A stretch of 64,000 nt of DNA from Nitrospirota bacterium (GCA_029881725.1 JAOUMB010000006.1:2333-66332), one strand, 5' to 3'; counted from the stretch's first letter, positions 8,837-18,149 are shown. Made by a program: numbers and translations. The notes: a model not told the origin generated them from the letters alone.

Positions 8837-10345
8837 CTATCCTTGCGAAAGGCGCCGCAACATGCCGGTGAGCAGCCGCACCCCGGTGCCGCGCATGCCC
8901 TTGGGCAGGTAGTCGGTGGACTTGTTGACCCAGGCGGTGCTGGCGATGTCCAGATGCACCCACGGCACATCCCCCACAAAGCGCTTCAGGAAGCAGGCGG
9001 CGGTGATGGTGCCCCCGGCGCGGCCGCCGGTGTTCTTGATGTCGGCGATGTCGCTCTTGAGGTCGTCGTTGTACTCGTCCCACAGGGGCAGTTCCCACAC
9101 CCGCTCGCCGGTTTCCTCGCCCACCTCCCGGGCGGTCTGCTTGCCGTCATCGGAGGTGCCCAGCAGGCCGATGGCGTGGTTGCCCAGGGCCACCACGCAG
9201 GCGCCGGTGAGGGTGGCGATGTCCAGCATCAGGCGCGGCTGGTAGGTTTTTTCGCCGTAGGACAGGCCGTCGGCCAGCACCAGCCGCCCCTCGGCGTCGG
9301 TGTTGATCACCTCCACGGTCATGCCGTTGTGCATGTGCAGCACGTCGCCGGGGTTGATGGCGGTGCCGCTGGGCATGTTTTCGGCGGCGGTCAGGATGCC
9401 CACCACGTGAATCGGCAGGCCCAGTTCGGCCACCGCGCGCATGGTGGCGAGCACCGCGGCGCCGCCGCCCATGTCACCCTTCATCTCCTCCATGCCGGCG
9501 GACGGCTTGATGGAAATGCCGCCGGTATCGAAGGTGATCGACTTGCCAACCATCACCACCGGGGCCCCTTCGGCCCCCTTGTATTCGATGATGATGAACT
9601 TGGGCGGCTCCACGGAGCCCTGCCCCACGCCCACCATGCCGCCCATGTTGCGGGCGATCATCTCGTCCTTTTCGAGCACGGTGACGGTCAGGTTCAGGCG
9701 CCCGGCCAGGGCCCTGGCGTCTTCCGCCAGACGGGTGGGGGTGACCACGGAGGACGGGTGGTTGGCCAGGTCGGCGGCGTAGTTGGTGGCACGGGCCACG
9801 GTGGCGCCATAGGTGGCGCCACCCTCGGCCGCGGCCAGGTCGGCGCCGGAGGGAACCAGAATGGTCACGGTTTGCAGGGTGTCCGGGCGGCGGGAGTCGT
9901 CCTCGGTCTTGTATTCCAGAAAGCGGTAGGTGCCCAGCACCGCGCCGGTGGCCAGCGCCTCGGCCCCGGCGGCGGCGGACAGGGGGCCGAACGGGGTGCT
10001 GTCGGACAGGGGGGCGATGGCGGCGGTGGCGAGGCGGGCCGTATTGACGGCGCGGGCGCCCTTGCCGCCCACCCGGCGCAGGGTGTCGGCGGTGATCTTG
10101 TCGGCCTCTCCCACTCCCACGAAGCAGATGCGGCGCCCGGCGAACGATCCGGCGCCGGGAAAGGAGATCACGTTGCCGGCACCGGCCTTGAACTCGCCCC
10201 GTGCCATGGCATCCGTCAGCAGGCCGCCCAGTTCGCGGTCCACGGCGGCGGCGGTGCCGCCGGGCGCGTCGGCCTTGGTCACCGGAACGATCAACACGTC
10301 GGCGGAAAATCCGGTCGGGGCGGCCTCTACTACGCGAACGTCCAT
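8837..10345 (-). CDS. pepA: Leucyl aminopeptidase (M17)
   Basis: GKSITFDTGG, MKGDMGG, NTDAEGRLVLAD, ATLTGA, WVHLDIA. Confidence 0.95.
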   Translation of the reverse strand: MDVRVVEAAPTGFSADVLIVPVTKADAPGGTAAAVDRELGGLLTDAMARGEFKAGAGNVISFPGAGSFAGRRICFVGVGEADKITADTLRRVGGKGARAVNTARLATAAIAPLSDSTPFGPLSAAAGAEALATGAVLGTYRFLEYKTEDDSRRPDTLQTVTILVPSGADLAAAEGGATYGATVARATNYAADLANHPSSVVTPTRLAEDARALAGRLNLTVTVLEKDEMIARNMGGMVGVGQGSVEPPKFIIIEYKGAEGAPVVMVGKSITFDTGGISIKPSAGMEEMKGDMGGGAAVLATMRAVAELGLPIHVVGILTAAENMPSGTAINPGDVLHMHNGMTVEVINTDAEGRLVLADGLSYGEKTYQPRLMLDIATLTGACVVALGNHAIGLLGTSDDGKQTAREVGEETGERVWELPLWDEYNDDLKSDIADIKNTGGRAGGTITAACFLKRFVGDVPWVHLDIASTAWVNKSTDYLPKGMRGTGVRLLTGMLRRLSQG

Positions 10346-10403
10346 GTCATCTCCTGTGTGGTTTCTTGATATTTGGTGCCCGAAGGCGGGTAAGTGGGCT
10401 GCG

Positions 10404-11039
10404 TCAGACGCCTCGCGCGGCGGGGGACCAGATGTGTTTGTGAAGCTGGAGTTGCAGGCGCACCGGCAGTCCTCCCTCCAGAATCCATTCGGCCAGAAGG
10501 GACGGTTCCAACATACCGAAGGCGGGGGAAAACAGCACCGGCACCCGTTCGGTCAGGTGGTACAGGGCCACGATCTTGGCCGCCCAGTCGAAATCCTCCC
10601 GGTCGGTGAGGATGAACTTGACCTCGTCGCCGTCCCGCAGGTGGTCCAGGTTTTCCCAGCAGATGTTGCCGGTCATGCCGCTGGAGGGGGCTTTCAGATC
10701 CAGGATGCGGCGCACGCGGGGGTCCAGGTGGGCGATGGGCAGGCTGCCACCGGTCTCCAGCAACACCTCGTAGCCCAGGTCGCACAGTTCGGCGAGAAAG
10801 CGGGGCGCTTCGGGCTGCAACAGGGGCTCGCCGCCGGTCAGTTCCACCAGCCGGTTGCCGAAGGCCGCCACCTGGGAATAGAGCCGGTCGAGGGGTTCCT
10901 CGGTGCCGCCGGAATAGGCATAGGCCGTATCGCACCAGGTGCAGCGCTGGTTGCAGCCGGTGGTGCGCACGAAGGTGCACGGCCGCCCCGCGTGGGTGGA
11001 TTCACCCTGAATGCTGCTGAATACCTCGGTAACCCGCAT
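10404..11039 (-). CDS. queE: 7-carboxy-7-deazaguanine synthase (radical SAM)
   Basis: MRVTEVFSSIQGE, CNQRCTWCDT, LTGGEPLLQ, LETGGS, LQLQLHK. Confidence 0.9.
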   Translation of the reverse strand: MRVTEVFSSIQGESTHAGRPCTFVRTTGCNQRCTWCDTAYAYSGGTEEPLDRLYSQVAAFGNRLVELTGGEPLLQPEAPRFLAELCDLGYEVLLETGGSLPIAHLDPRVRRILDLKAPSSGMTGNICWENLDHLRDGDEVKFILTDREDFDWAAKIVALYHLTERVPVLFSPAFGMLEPSLLAEWILEGGLPVRLQLQLHKHIWSPAARGV

Positions 11040-11047
11040 AACCATTG

Positions 11048-11076
11048 ATGATAAGGGGGGGGGCGAAAGCCGTCAA
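11048..11076 (-). promoter_or_regulatory. Sigma70-type promoter for queE with a C9 tract in the spacer
   Basis: Minus strand reads TTGACG-gctttcgccccccccct (17 nt)-TATCAT, 8 nt before ATG 11039. Confidence 0.6.
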
Positions 11077-11088
11077 CCGGCCGCCATT

Positions 11089-11964
11089 TTAAATTGTTTC
11101 GCCCAGCGCCCGGCGCATGGCGTCCACCGGCGCCGGCTGCCCGGTCCACAGGGTGAACGCGGCGGCCCCCTGATGGAGCAGCATGCCGAAGCCGTTCAGG
11201 CAGCGGGCCCGCAGTGCTTCGCAACGGGCCAGCAGGGGGGTTACCGGCGGCGCGTAGATCAGGTCCACCACGATGTGGCCGGGGGAAATGCCGTTGGTGT
11301 CGATGGGCGAGCCGTCGCCCTCCTTCATGCCCATGGGGGTGGTGTTGACGATCAGTTCCGCCCAGTTGATGCCGCAACGGTGATCGAGCGGGCTCCACGG
11401 CAGGGTTTTGAAAAGGCACTCCGGGTGGCGCGCGGCCAGATGGCCCGCCAGCGCCTCCGCCTGCTCCTGGCGGCGGGCGCACAGGTACATCTCGGGAACC
11501 CCTTCGCGGGCCAGCTGGTCGGCCACCGCGCGGGCCGATCCGCCGGCCCCGAGGATGAGCACCTTGCTGTGCCGGGGGCGGAAACGGTGGGCCTCGTGCA
11601 GGGCGCGCACAAAGCCGATGCCGTCCGTATTGTGGCCGGTCAGGCGGCCGTCGTCGATCACCACGGTGTTCACCGCGCCGATGGCCTCGGCCTCGGGGGA
11701 CAGTTGGTCCAGCAGCGGCAGCACCGCCTCCTTGTGGGGAATGGTCACGTTGAAGCCGCGCAGGCCGCTGGCGGCCAGGCCGCGCACGGCGGCCTCCAGC
11801 CGCTCCGGGGCCACGGGGAACGGCACGTAGGCCCAGTTCATGCCCCGTTCGGAAAAGGCGGCGTTGTGCATCTGCGGCGAGCGGGAATGGCTGACCGGGT
11901 GGCCGATGATGCCCACCAGGGTGGTGGCGCCGGTAACGGAAATCGGGGTGTCTGGACGGGTCAC
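11089..11964 (-). CDS. aroE: Shikimate dehydrogenase
   Basis: GHPVSHSRSPQMHN, GFNVTIPHK, GAVNT, GHNTD, LGAGGSARA, GMLLHQG. Confidence 0.95.
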   Translation of the reverse strand: MTRPDTPISVTGATTLVGIIGHPVSHSRSPQMHNAAFSERGMNWAYVPFPVAPERLEAAVRGLAASGLRGFNVTIPHKEAVLPLLDQLSPEAEAIGAVNTVVIDDGRLTGHNTDGIGFVRALHEAHRFRPRHSKVLILGAGGSARAVADQLAREGVPEMYLCARRQEQAEALAGHLAARHPECLFKTLPWSPLDHRCGINWAELIVNTTPMGMKEGDGSPIDTNGISPGHIVVDLIYAPPVTPLLARCEALRARCLNGFGMLLHQGAAAFTLWTGQPAPVDAMRRALGETI

Positions 11965-12017
11965 GGGCTGGCTCCTGCGGTGCGGCCAGCCAGCATACCC
12001 TCACCGGGGGATGCGGC

Positions 12018-12530
12018 TCAACGTTTCTCGAGCAGATCCTTTTTGGCGGGGAGTATCTTCAGGCCGGCGGAAAAGGTTTTGGCGGTGGGAATGAAGGTGG
12101 CGGACACGAAGGACTTGGAAATGCCCGTGCGCCCCTGCGGCCACACCATCAGGGTGGCGATGATGATGCCCACCAGGATCACCCCCTTGATTCCGCCCAG
12201 CACCAGTCCGCCCAGATGGTCGGCAAAGTGGTAGGCCTTGCCCAGGTTCATGGTGCGCACGATCATGCCCGCCAGCAGCTCGATGCCCAGCAGGCAGACG
12301 ATGAACAGCAGGATGTAGGCGGTGGCGCCCGCCACCTGGGGGATTTCGATGGCCGCGCTCAACCCCGGCGCCATGGCCTGGTAACCGCTCTTGGCCAGAT
12401 AGTGCCCGCCCAGCACAGCGCCCAGGCTGAACAGTTCGCGGGTGGTGCCGCGCAGGCCGCCCACCATGACCCCCAGCATCAGCACGCCGACGATGATGGC
12501 GTCGATGGAATTCAGCGGTGGCAGGTTCAT
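12018..12530 (-). CDS. cvpA: CvpA (colicin V production) family membrane protein
   Basis: IDAII...GGLRGTTRELFSL, DHLGGLVLGGIKG; four TM segments. Confidence 0.85.
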   Translation of the reverse strand: MNLPPLNSIDAIIVGVLMLGVMVGGLRGTTRELFSLGAVLGGHYLAKSGYQAMAPGLSAAIEIPQVAGATAYILLFIVCLLGIELLAGMIVRTMNLGKAYHFADHLGGLVLGGIKGVILVGIIIATLMVWPQGRTGISKSFVSATFIPTAKTFSAGLKILPAKKDLLEKR

Positions 12531-12619
12531 GCGGCGGAGCGCTCCGGCGAAACGGTGGCTCCGCAACGGGAAAGCGCCGTCGGTGCGCGGCGCGCGCTGA
12601 TGATAACCCCACCTTTCAT
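12527..12619 (-). CDS. Putative 30-aa upstream ORF coupled to cvpA
   Basis: AAGAGG 5 nt before ATG 12619; MKGGVIISARRAPTALSRCGATVSPERSAA*; its TGA overlaps the cvpA ATG (ATGA). Confidence 0.35.
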   Translation of the reverse strand: MKGGVIISARRAPTALSRCGATVSPERSAA

Positions 12620-12913
12620 GGCGACCTCTTTCATCCCTGAACCGGCACCCGGCGGGTGCCCACGTCACCTGAACATGATCCCATCCCCTGCCGGAAATCC
12701 GTTTCCGGCGCGGGATCACCCTCATAATTTCGGCTATTTGCGGCCAGAACTGAAGGTCGTGTCAAGCCCCCGGAGAGTCCCCAAAGGCTGTAACCATGCA
12801 GGAAACAGGCGTGGAATGATGGGGGCGGGGCGTCGCAACGTCCCGAAAAAAAACAGGGAATTTCCCGGTTCGGCTTGTGTCGAGGACAAAATATACGATA
12901 CAAATATCGGGTT

Positions 12914-13885
12914 ATGAGCACGCTGAAGCTGTCCGTTGGTCCCGAAGGGTTTGGAGAGGGGCGCGAGGTCTGGGCGATCGGCAGTGGCAAGGGCGGAACC
13001 GGTAAAACGTTTCTGTCCACCAACCTGGGGATCACGCTTGCCAAAATGGGCAAGAAGGTGATCCTGATGGATGCCGACCTCGGGTGCGCCAATCTGCACA
13101 CCGTGCTGGGGATGAGCCAGGTACCGGAAACGCTTTCCGACTTCCTGTCCGGCCGCGTAAATACGCTGGACGGAGTGGTGGTGGATACGCCGTTTCCCAA
13201 CCTGCGCCTGATCAGTGGCGCCCAGGATTTCCTGGAGGTGGCCAACCCCACCTACAACCGCAAGACGGCACTGCTCAACGCATTGAAAAAACTGGAATTT
13301 GACTATCTCCTGTTCGATCTTGGCGCCGGCACCAGCTACAACACGCTGGATTTTTTTCTGGCCGCCCACAAGGCGATTCTGATGGTCATGCCGGAACCCA
13401 CGGCGGTTGAAAACGCTTATCGGTTTATCAAGAGCGCCTATTTTCGCTACCTCAAACGGGTGTCCACCGAACTGGACGTGAAACGCCTGATCGAGGAGGG
13501 GATGGACCTCAAGAACGACAAGGGCATCCGCACCGTCCACCAGCTGCTGGAGGTCATCAGCAAGGCCGACCCGGCAAAGGGGCACCAGCTGCGCGACGGG
13601 CTGCTGGCCATGCGCCCGCGGCTGGTGGTCAATCACGTGCGCTCGCTGGAAGACGTGACCCTGGGTTTCGCAATGCGCAGTTCGGTGGAAAAATACTTTG
13701 GCATGCGTATGGATTACGTAGGCTATGTGGAATACGACGACGTGGTGTGGAAGGCCGCCCGCCAGCGCAGGCCGGTGGTGGCGGAGTATCCTTATTCGAG
13801 CCCGGCGCGATGCATCGACCGGGTGGTGCAAAACTTGATGAGCGGCGCCCAGCTGGATCTGGAGACGGTCATTGGAAAACGGTGA
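12914..13885 (+). CDS. MinD/FlhG(FleN)/ParA-family P-loop ATPase
   Basis: Deviant Walker A GSGKGGTGKT, DADLGCANLH, DLGAGT, PEPTAVENAYRFIK. Confidence 0.9.
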   Translation: MSTLKLSVGPEGFGEGREVWAIGSGKGGTGKTFLSTNLGITLAKMGKKVILMDADLGCANLHTVLGMSQVPETLSDFLSGRVNTLDGVVVDTPFPNLRLISGAQDFLEVANPTYNRKTALLNALKKLEFDYLLFDLGAGTSYNTLDFFLAAHKAILMVMPEPTAVENAYRFIKSAYFRYLKRVSTELDVKRLIEEGMDLKNDKGIRTVHQLLEVISKADPAKGHQLRDGLLAMRPRLVVNHVRSLEDVTLGFAMRSSVEKYFGMRMDYVGYVEYDDVVWKAARQRRPVVAEYPYSSPARCIDRVVQNLMSGAQLDLETVIGKR

Positions 13886-14843
13886 TCCTGGCAACGTGAC
13901 CTTTTACGGCGAAGCAAATTACTACGAACTGCTGGAAGTGGAGCCGGAAGCCTCCCGCTTCGAGATCGAGCAGGCGTACCGGCAGCAGATGGAACTGTTG
14001 TCCGGCGACTCGCTGGCCACCTACGGCCTGTTCGTGGGCGAGGACCTGGTGCATGCCCGCACCCGCGTGGAGGAGGCCTACCGGGTGCTGTGCGACCCGG
14101 ACCGGCGCCGCGCCTACGACCTTTCCGCCTTTGATCGCTCGGTGGTCGCGGAAGGCACGTCGGCGGAGCAGTACGGGGCCGGCGTGACCACCCCGAAAAC
14201 CAGCGCGGCCGAGGCCGCCGAGGCCCTGCTGGCCGATGCCATGAGCACCGCCGACGGCATGGCCGACGCGGCCGCCCCGGACCTGGTGGACGAGCCGGAG
14301 GAAGCCAGTGAGTCCCCCGCCGTGGAGGCCGCCGCCCGGCGCGACAAATCCGGCAAGGCCGCGGAGCGGATTCCGGCTTCGCCGCCCCCCTCGGTGGCGT
14401 TCGGCACCCTGGATGGGCCCGCCGGACCGGCGCAGCCGGCGTCTCCGGAGAAACCCGGCGGGCGGGAAAAACCGGCCGGGTCCGAGACCCGTTCGTTGCC
14501 GAAGGTTCCCGGCTGGAAGGGCAGCGGCCAGACGCCCCCCAAGGCCCCGCCCGCATCGAAGCCCGCGCGGCGGGAGGTGCCCTCGGTGGACATTCAGGCC
14601 TTCGATGGCCTGAGTATGAAGGCAGCCCGCGAGCAGCAGGGCATTTCCCGTAACGATATTTCCCTGTCCACCCGCATCGCCGAGTACTACATTGAGTACA
14701 TCGAGGAGGAGCGCTTCAACAAGCTTCCTCCCGTCATTTACCTGCGTGCCTATCTGCGCCAGTATGCGGAGGCCATCGGCGCCGACCCGGAAAAAACTGT
14801 CACTGGGTATCTGGAGCGGTATAATGCAAGCAAAGGGCATTGA
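13872..14843 (+). CDS. J-domain-like (no HPD) + low-complexity linker + RodZ-type HTH protein
   Basis: NYYELLEV..AS..EIEQAYR...EEAYRVLCDPDRRRAYD; Ala/Pro/Glu-rich linker; C-terminal MKAAREQQGIS..TRI..YIEYIEEE..LPPVIYLRAYLRQYA. Confidence 0.85.
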   Translation: MENGDPGNVTFYGEANYYELLEVEPEASRFEIEQAYRQQMELLSGDSLATYGLFVGEDLVHARTRVEEAYRVLCDPDRRRAYDLSAFDRSVVAEGTSAEQYGAGVTTPKTSAAEAAEALLADAMSTADGMADAAAPDLVDEPEEASESPAVEAAARRDKSGKAAERIPASPPPSVAFGTLDGPAGPAQPASPEKPGGREKPAGSETRSLPKVPGWKGSGQTPPKAPPASKPARREVPSVDIQAFDGLSMKAAREQQGISRNDISLSTRIAEYYIEYIEEERFNKLPPVIYLRAYLRQYAEAIGADPEKTVTGYLERYNASKGH

Positions 14844-14940
14844 TTCCGCCCGGAGAGCGACATCGGCCGTGTTCTATTAAGCGGCTGCACGTATTCGAAT
14901 AATTCCATCCCGTCGGGGAGCATTCATTAGCGGGGGAGGC

Positions 14941-15681
14941 ATGGACCGCAAGGCATTACAGAAGTTGACCGTCAAGGCGCTGCGTGATCTGGCGCGCGAA
15001 CTGGAAATTCCGGGGCGCACCCGGCTGACCAAGCCGCAACTGGTGGAAGCCATCGGTGCCCGGCAGGAGGCCGTCATGGCCGGCGCCGGTCCCGCGCAAA
15101 CACCACCCGCACCGCAGGCGGTGGAGGTGTCCCACGGTTCGGCGCCCGCTTCCAGCGGGCGCGAACGGGCCGACGTGACCCTCACCGACGTGGGCGACCT
15201 GCCCGAGCGTTACGGCCACTCGCGGGTGGTGCTGCTGCTGCAAAAGCCGGGCTACCTTTACGCCTACTGGGAACTGCGCGACGACCACCTGGACAACGCC
15301 CGCAAGGAACTGGGCGACTGGGGCGCGCTCACACTGCGGGTGAAGGACGTGCTGGGCGGCGCCTGGTACGACATCACCGTGCACTCCCCGGTGGGGGACT
15401 GGTTTTTCCGCACCGAGTGGGTGGGCCGCACCGTACTCCTGGAACTGGGGCTGCTGGGGCCGGACGGCCGTTTTCTGGTGCTCGCCACCAGCAACCGGGT
15501 GGGCATTCCCACCGGCAAGGCGTCCGATCGGGTGGATCCCGAGTGGGCGGTGCGCGACGCGGAGTTCGAGCGCATCTATGCCCTGTCCGGCGGCCTGGCG
15601 AATCAGGCGGGCGGCTCGGGGGATATTCAGCGCATGCTGCGCGAGGGGTGGCTGCCGTCGTCGGGAACCCGGCAGGCCTGA
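14941..15681 (+). CDS. DUF4912 protein with N-terminal Rho-N-like domain
   Basis: LTVKALRDLARELEIPGRTRLTKPQLVEAI; LPERYG..VVLL..PGYLYAYWE; LATSNRV. Strong GGAGG RBS. Confidence 0.85.
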   Translation: MDRKALQKLTVKALRDLARELEIPGRTRLTKPQLVEAIGARQEAVMAGAGPAQTPPAPQAVEVSHGSAPASSGRERADVTLTDVGDLPERYGHSRVVLLLQKPGYLYAYWELRDDHLDNARKELGDWGALTLRVKDVLGGAWYDITVHSPVGDWFFRTEWVGRTVLLELGLLGPDGRFLVLATSNRVGIPTGKASDRVDPEWAVRDAEFERIYALSGGLANQAGGSGDIQRMLREGWLPSSGTRQA

Positions 15682-15716
15682 GCCCAATCACCTTTATCTG
15701 ACGTCGGAGGATTTCC

Positions 15717-17306
15717 TTGGAAAAGGGGTACATTTCCCTGGTCCTGCATGCCCACCTGCCGTTCGTGCGGCACCCGGAACATGCGGAATTCATGGAGGAA
15801 GACTGGCTTTTTGAAGCCATTGGCGAAACCTATCTTCCGCTGATCGGCATGATGGACCGGCTGGTGCGGGACGGGGTGCCGTTCGCGATCACCATGAGCC
15901 TGACCCCGCCCCTGTGCGAGATGCTGGCCGACCCGCTGCTGATGCAGCGTTACGACCGCCGCCTGCGCAAGCTGGTGGAACTGGCCGGCAAGGAGATCCA
16001 GCGCACCCGCGGCCACGACGACTTCCACCGCATGGCGCTGTTCTATAAAGAGCGCTTCGAGGAAGAATTGCGCCTGTTCGAGGACGTGTGCGGACGCAAC
16101 GTGCTGTCGGCGTTCCGGCGCTTCCAGGACCAGGGGGTGCTGGAGATCATCACCTGCGGCGCCACCCACGGCTTTTTCCCGCTGATGCAGGTCAACGAGA
16201 AGGCGGTGCGGGCCCAGGTGCGGGCCGCGGTGGCCAACTACAAGAAGCACTTCGGGCGCGGCCCGCGCGGCATCTGGCTGCCCGAGTGCGGCTACTACCC
16301 GGATGTGGACCGCTTCCTCAAGGAGGAGGGGATCCAGTTTTTCCTGGTGGAGACCCACGGCATCCTGCACGCCTCCACGCGCCCCAAATACGGCGTGTTC
16401 GCGCCGCTGTTCACCCCCTCCGGGGTGGCCGCCTTCGGCCGCGACGTGGAATCGTCCCGCCAGGTGTGGAGCGCCGAGCAGGGGTATCCGGGCGACCCCG
16501 ACTACCGGGATTTTTATCGGGACATCGGCTTCGATCTGGACGAGTCCTACATCGGGCCGTACATCCATCCGGACGGCATCCGCATCCACACCGGCATCAA
16601 GTACCACCGCATCACCGGCAAGCGGGTGGAGCACAAGGAGCCGTACCGGCGCGACTGGGCCATGGAAAAGGCCGCCTCCCACGCGGGCGACTTCCTGTTC
16701 AACCGCACCAAGCAGGTGGAGCACCTGTACGGCCTGATGGACGGCAGAAAGCCGCTGGTGGTGGCTCCCTACGATGCGGAGCTGTTCGGCCACTGGTGGT
16801 ACGAGGGGCCCGAGTTCCTGGAATTCTTCATCCGCAAGGCGGCCTACGATCAGGACGTGCTGCGGCTGGTCACCCCGATCCAGTATCTGGACGAAAACCC
16901 GGTCTGCCAGCGCGCCACCCCGGCCCTGTCCAGCTGGGGGGCGGGCGGCTACAACGAGTTCTGGCTCGAGGGTTCCAACGCCTGGGTGTACCGCCACCTG
17001 CATCAGGCCGCCGACCGCATGTGCGAACTGGCGGACCGTTTCCCGCATGCCGACGGGGTGCTGGAGCGGGCCCTCAAACAGTGCGGGCGCGAACTGCTGC
17101 TGGCCCAGAGCAGCGACTGGGCGTTCATCATGCGCACCGACACCACGGTGCCGTATGCGGTCAAGCGCACCCGCAACCACATCATGCGCTTCACCCGCCT
17201 GTACGAGGAGATCCTGGGCAACCGCATCGACGAGGGGTTCCTCAAGGAGTGCGAATGGCTGGATACCTCCTTCCAGGAACTGGACTACCGCGTCTGGGCT
17301 GACTGA
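15717..17306 (+). CDS. GH57 1,4-alpha-glucan branching enzyme-type protein (DUF1957)
   Basis: LHAHLPFVRHP, EAIGETY, ATHG, GIWLPECGY, PYDAELFGHWWYEGP, LLLAQSSDWAF. Confidence 0.92.
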   Translation: MEKGYISLVLHAHLPFVRHPEHAEFMEEDWLFEAIGETYLPLIGMMDRLVRDGVPFAITMSLTPPLCEMLADPLLMQRYDRRLRKLVELAGKEIQRTRGHDDFHRMALFYKERFEEELRLFEDVCGRNVLSAFRRFQDQGVLEIITCGATHGFFPLMQVNEKAVRAQVRAAVANYKKHFGRGPRGIWLPECGYYPDVDRFLKEEGIQFFLVETHGILHASTRPKYGVFAPLFTPSGVAAFGRDVESSRQVWSAEQGYPGDPDYRDFYRDIGFDLDESYIGPYIHPDGIRIHTGIKYHRITGKRVEHKEPYRRDWAMEKAASHAGDFLFNRTKQVEHLYGLMDGRKPLVVAPYDAELFGHWWYEGPEFLEFFIRKAAYDQDVLRLVTPIQYLDENPVCQRATPALSSWGAGGYNEFWLEGSNAWVYRHLHQAADRMCELADRFPHADGVLERALKQCGRELLLAQSSDWAFIMRTDTTVPYAVKRTRNHIMRFTRLYEEILGNRIDEGFLKECEWLDTSFQELDYRVWAD

Positions 17307-17310
17307 GCGG

Positions 17311-18099
17311 GTGGTTTCCGCACCGGCCCGCACCACCGGCCGGTGGACACTGCCGCTGTTCGGCATTGCCGTCCACCACCTGGACGCGCACCTGGTGGTG
17401 GCGGAAAAGCCGCCCGGCCTGCTCATGCACCGCACCCACCCGCGCCCGCAGATGTTCTTTCAGGACCTGCTGCGCCGTGAATTGTGGGACGGCGGCCCCC
17501 TGCACGTGGTGCACCGGCTGGACCGGGAAACCTCCGGGCTGGTGGTGCTGGCCCGCGACGCCGCCACCGCCGCCCGCCTCAGCCGCCAGTTTCAGGCGCG
17601 GCAGGTGGCCAAGCGGTATCTGGCGGTGGTCACCGGCCGCGTGACGGATGACGGCGCCATCGACCTGCCCATCGGCCCCGCCACCGCTTCCGCCGTGCGC
17701 AAGAAGCGGCAGGTGGCGCCCCCGGATTCCAAAACCGCCCAAAGTGCCAAAACCATGTGGCGGGTGCTGGACCGGAATGCGGATTGCTCCCTGCTGGAGG
17801 TCACCACCGAAGGGGGGCGGCAGCACCAGATCCGGGTGCACCTGGCCCACGCGGGGCATCCGCTGGCGGGGGACAAGCTGTATGGGCCGGACGAGCGGTG
17901 GCACCTGCGCTTCCACGCGGACGGCCCGACGCCGGAGATGACCGCCGCCCTGGGGCTGGCGCGCCATGCGTTGCATGCCTCGCACCTGGCCTTCCGGCAC
18001 CCGGAAAGCGGCCACCCCCTGCGCTTCGACAGCCCGTTGCCGGACGACCTGCCGTTCGGCGCGCCGGTTCCCCTTGCACCGGAGCGGGCAAACCCCTAA
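17311..18099 (+). CDS. RluA/RluD-family pseudouridine synthase (no S4 domain)
   Basis: KPPGL, HRLDRETSG, GRQHQIRVH, GHPLAGDKLYG, ALHA. Start uncertain. Confidence 0.88.
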   Translation: MVSAPARTTGRWTLPLFGIAVHHLDAHLVVAEKPPGLLMHRTHPRPQMFFQDLLRRELWDGGPLHVVHRLDRETSGLVVLARDAATAARLSRQFQARQVAKRYLAVVTGRVTDDGAIDLPIGPATASAVRKKRQVAPPDSKTAQSAKTMWRVLDRNADCSLLEVTTEGGRQHQIRVHLAHAGHPLAGDKLYGPDERWHLRFHADGPTPEMTAALGLARHALHASHLAFRHPESGHPLRFDSPLPDDLPFGAPVPLAPERANP

Positions 18100-18115
18100 C
18101 ATCCGTACCCGGAGC

Positions 18116-18149
18116 GGGCAGTGCCCGTGCCGGGATTGCCCCCCTTTTT
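18116..18149 (+). terminator. Possible intrinsic terminator between the RluA-family gene and lysS
   Basis: GGGCAGT-g-CCCG-tgc-CGGG-ATTGCCC stem followed by cccTTTTT. Confidence 0.35.
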
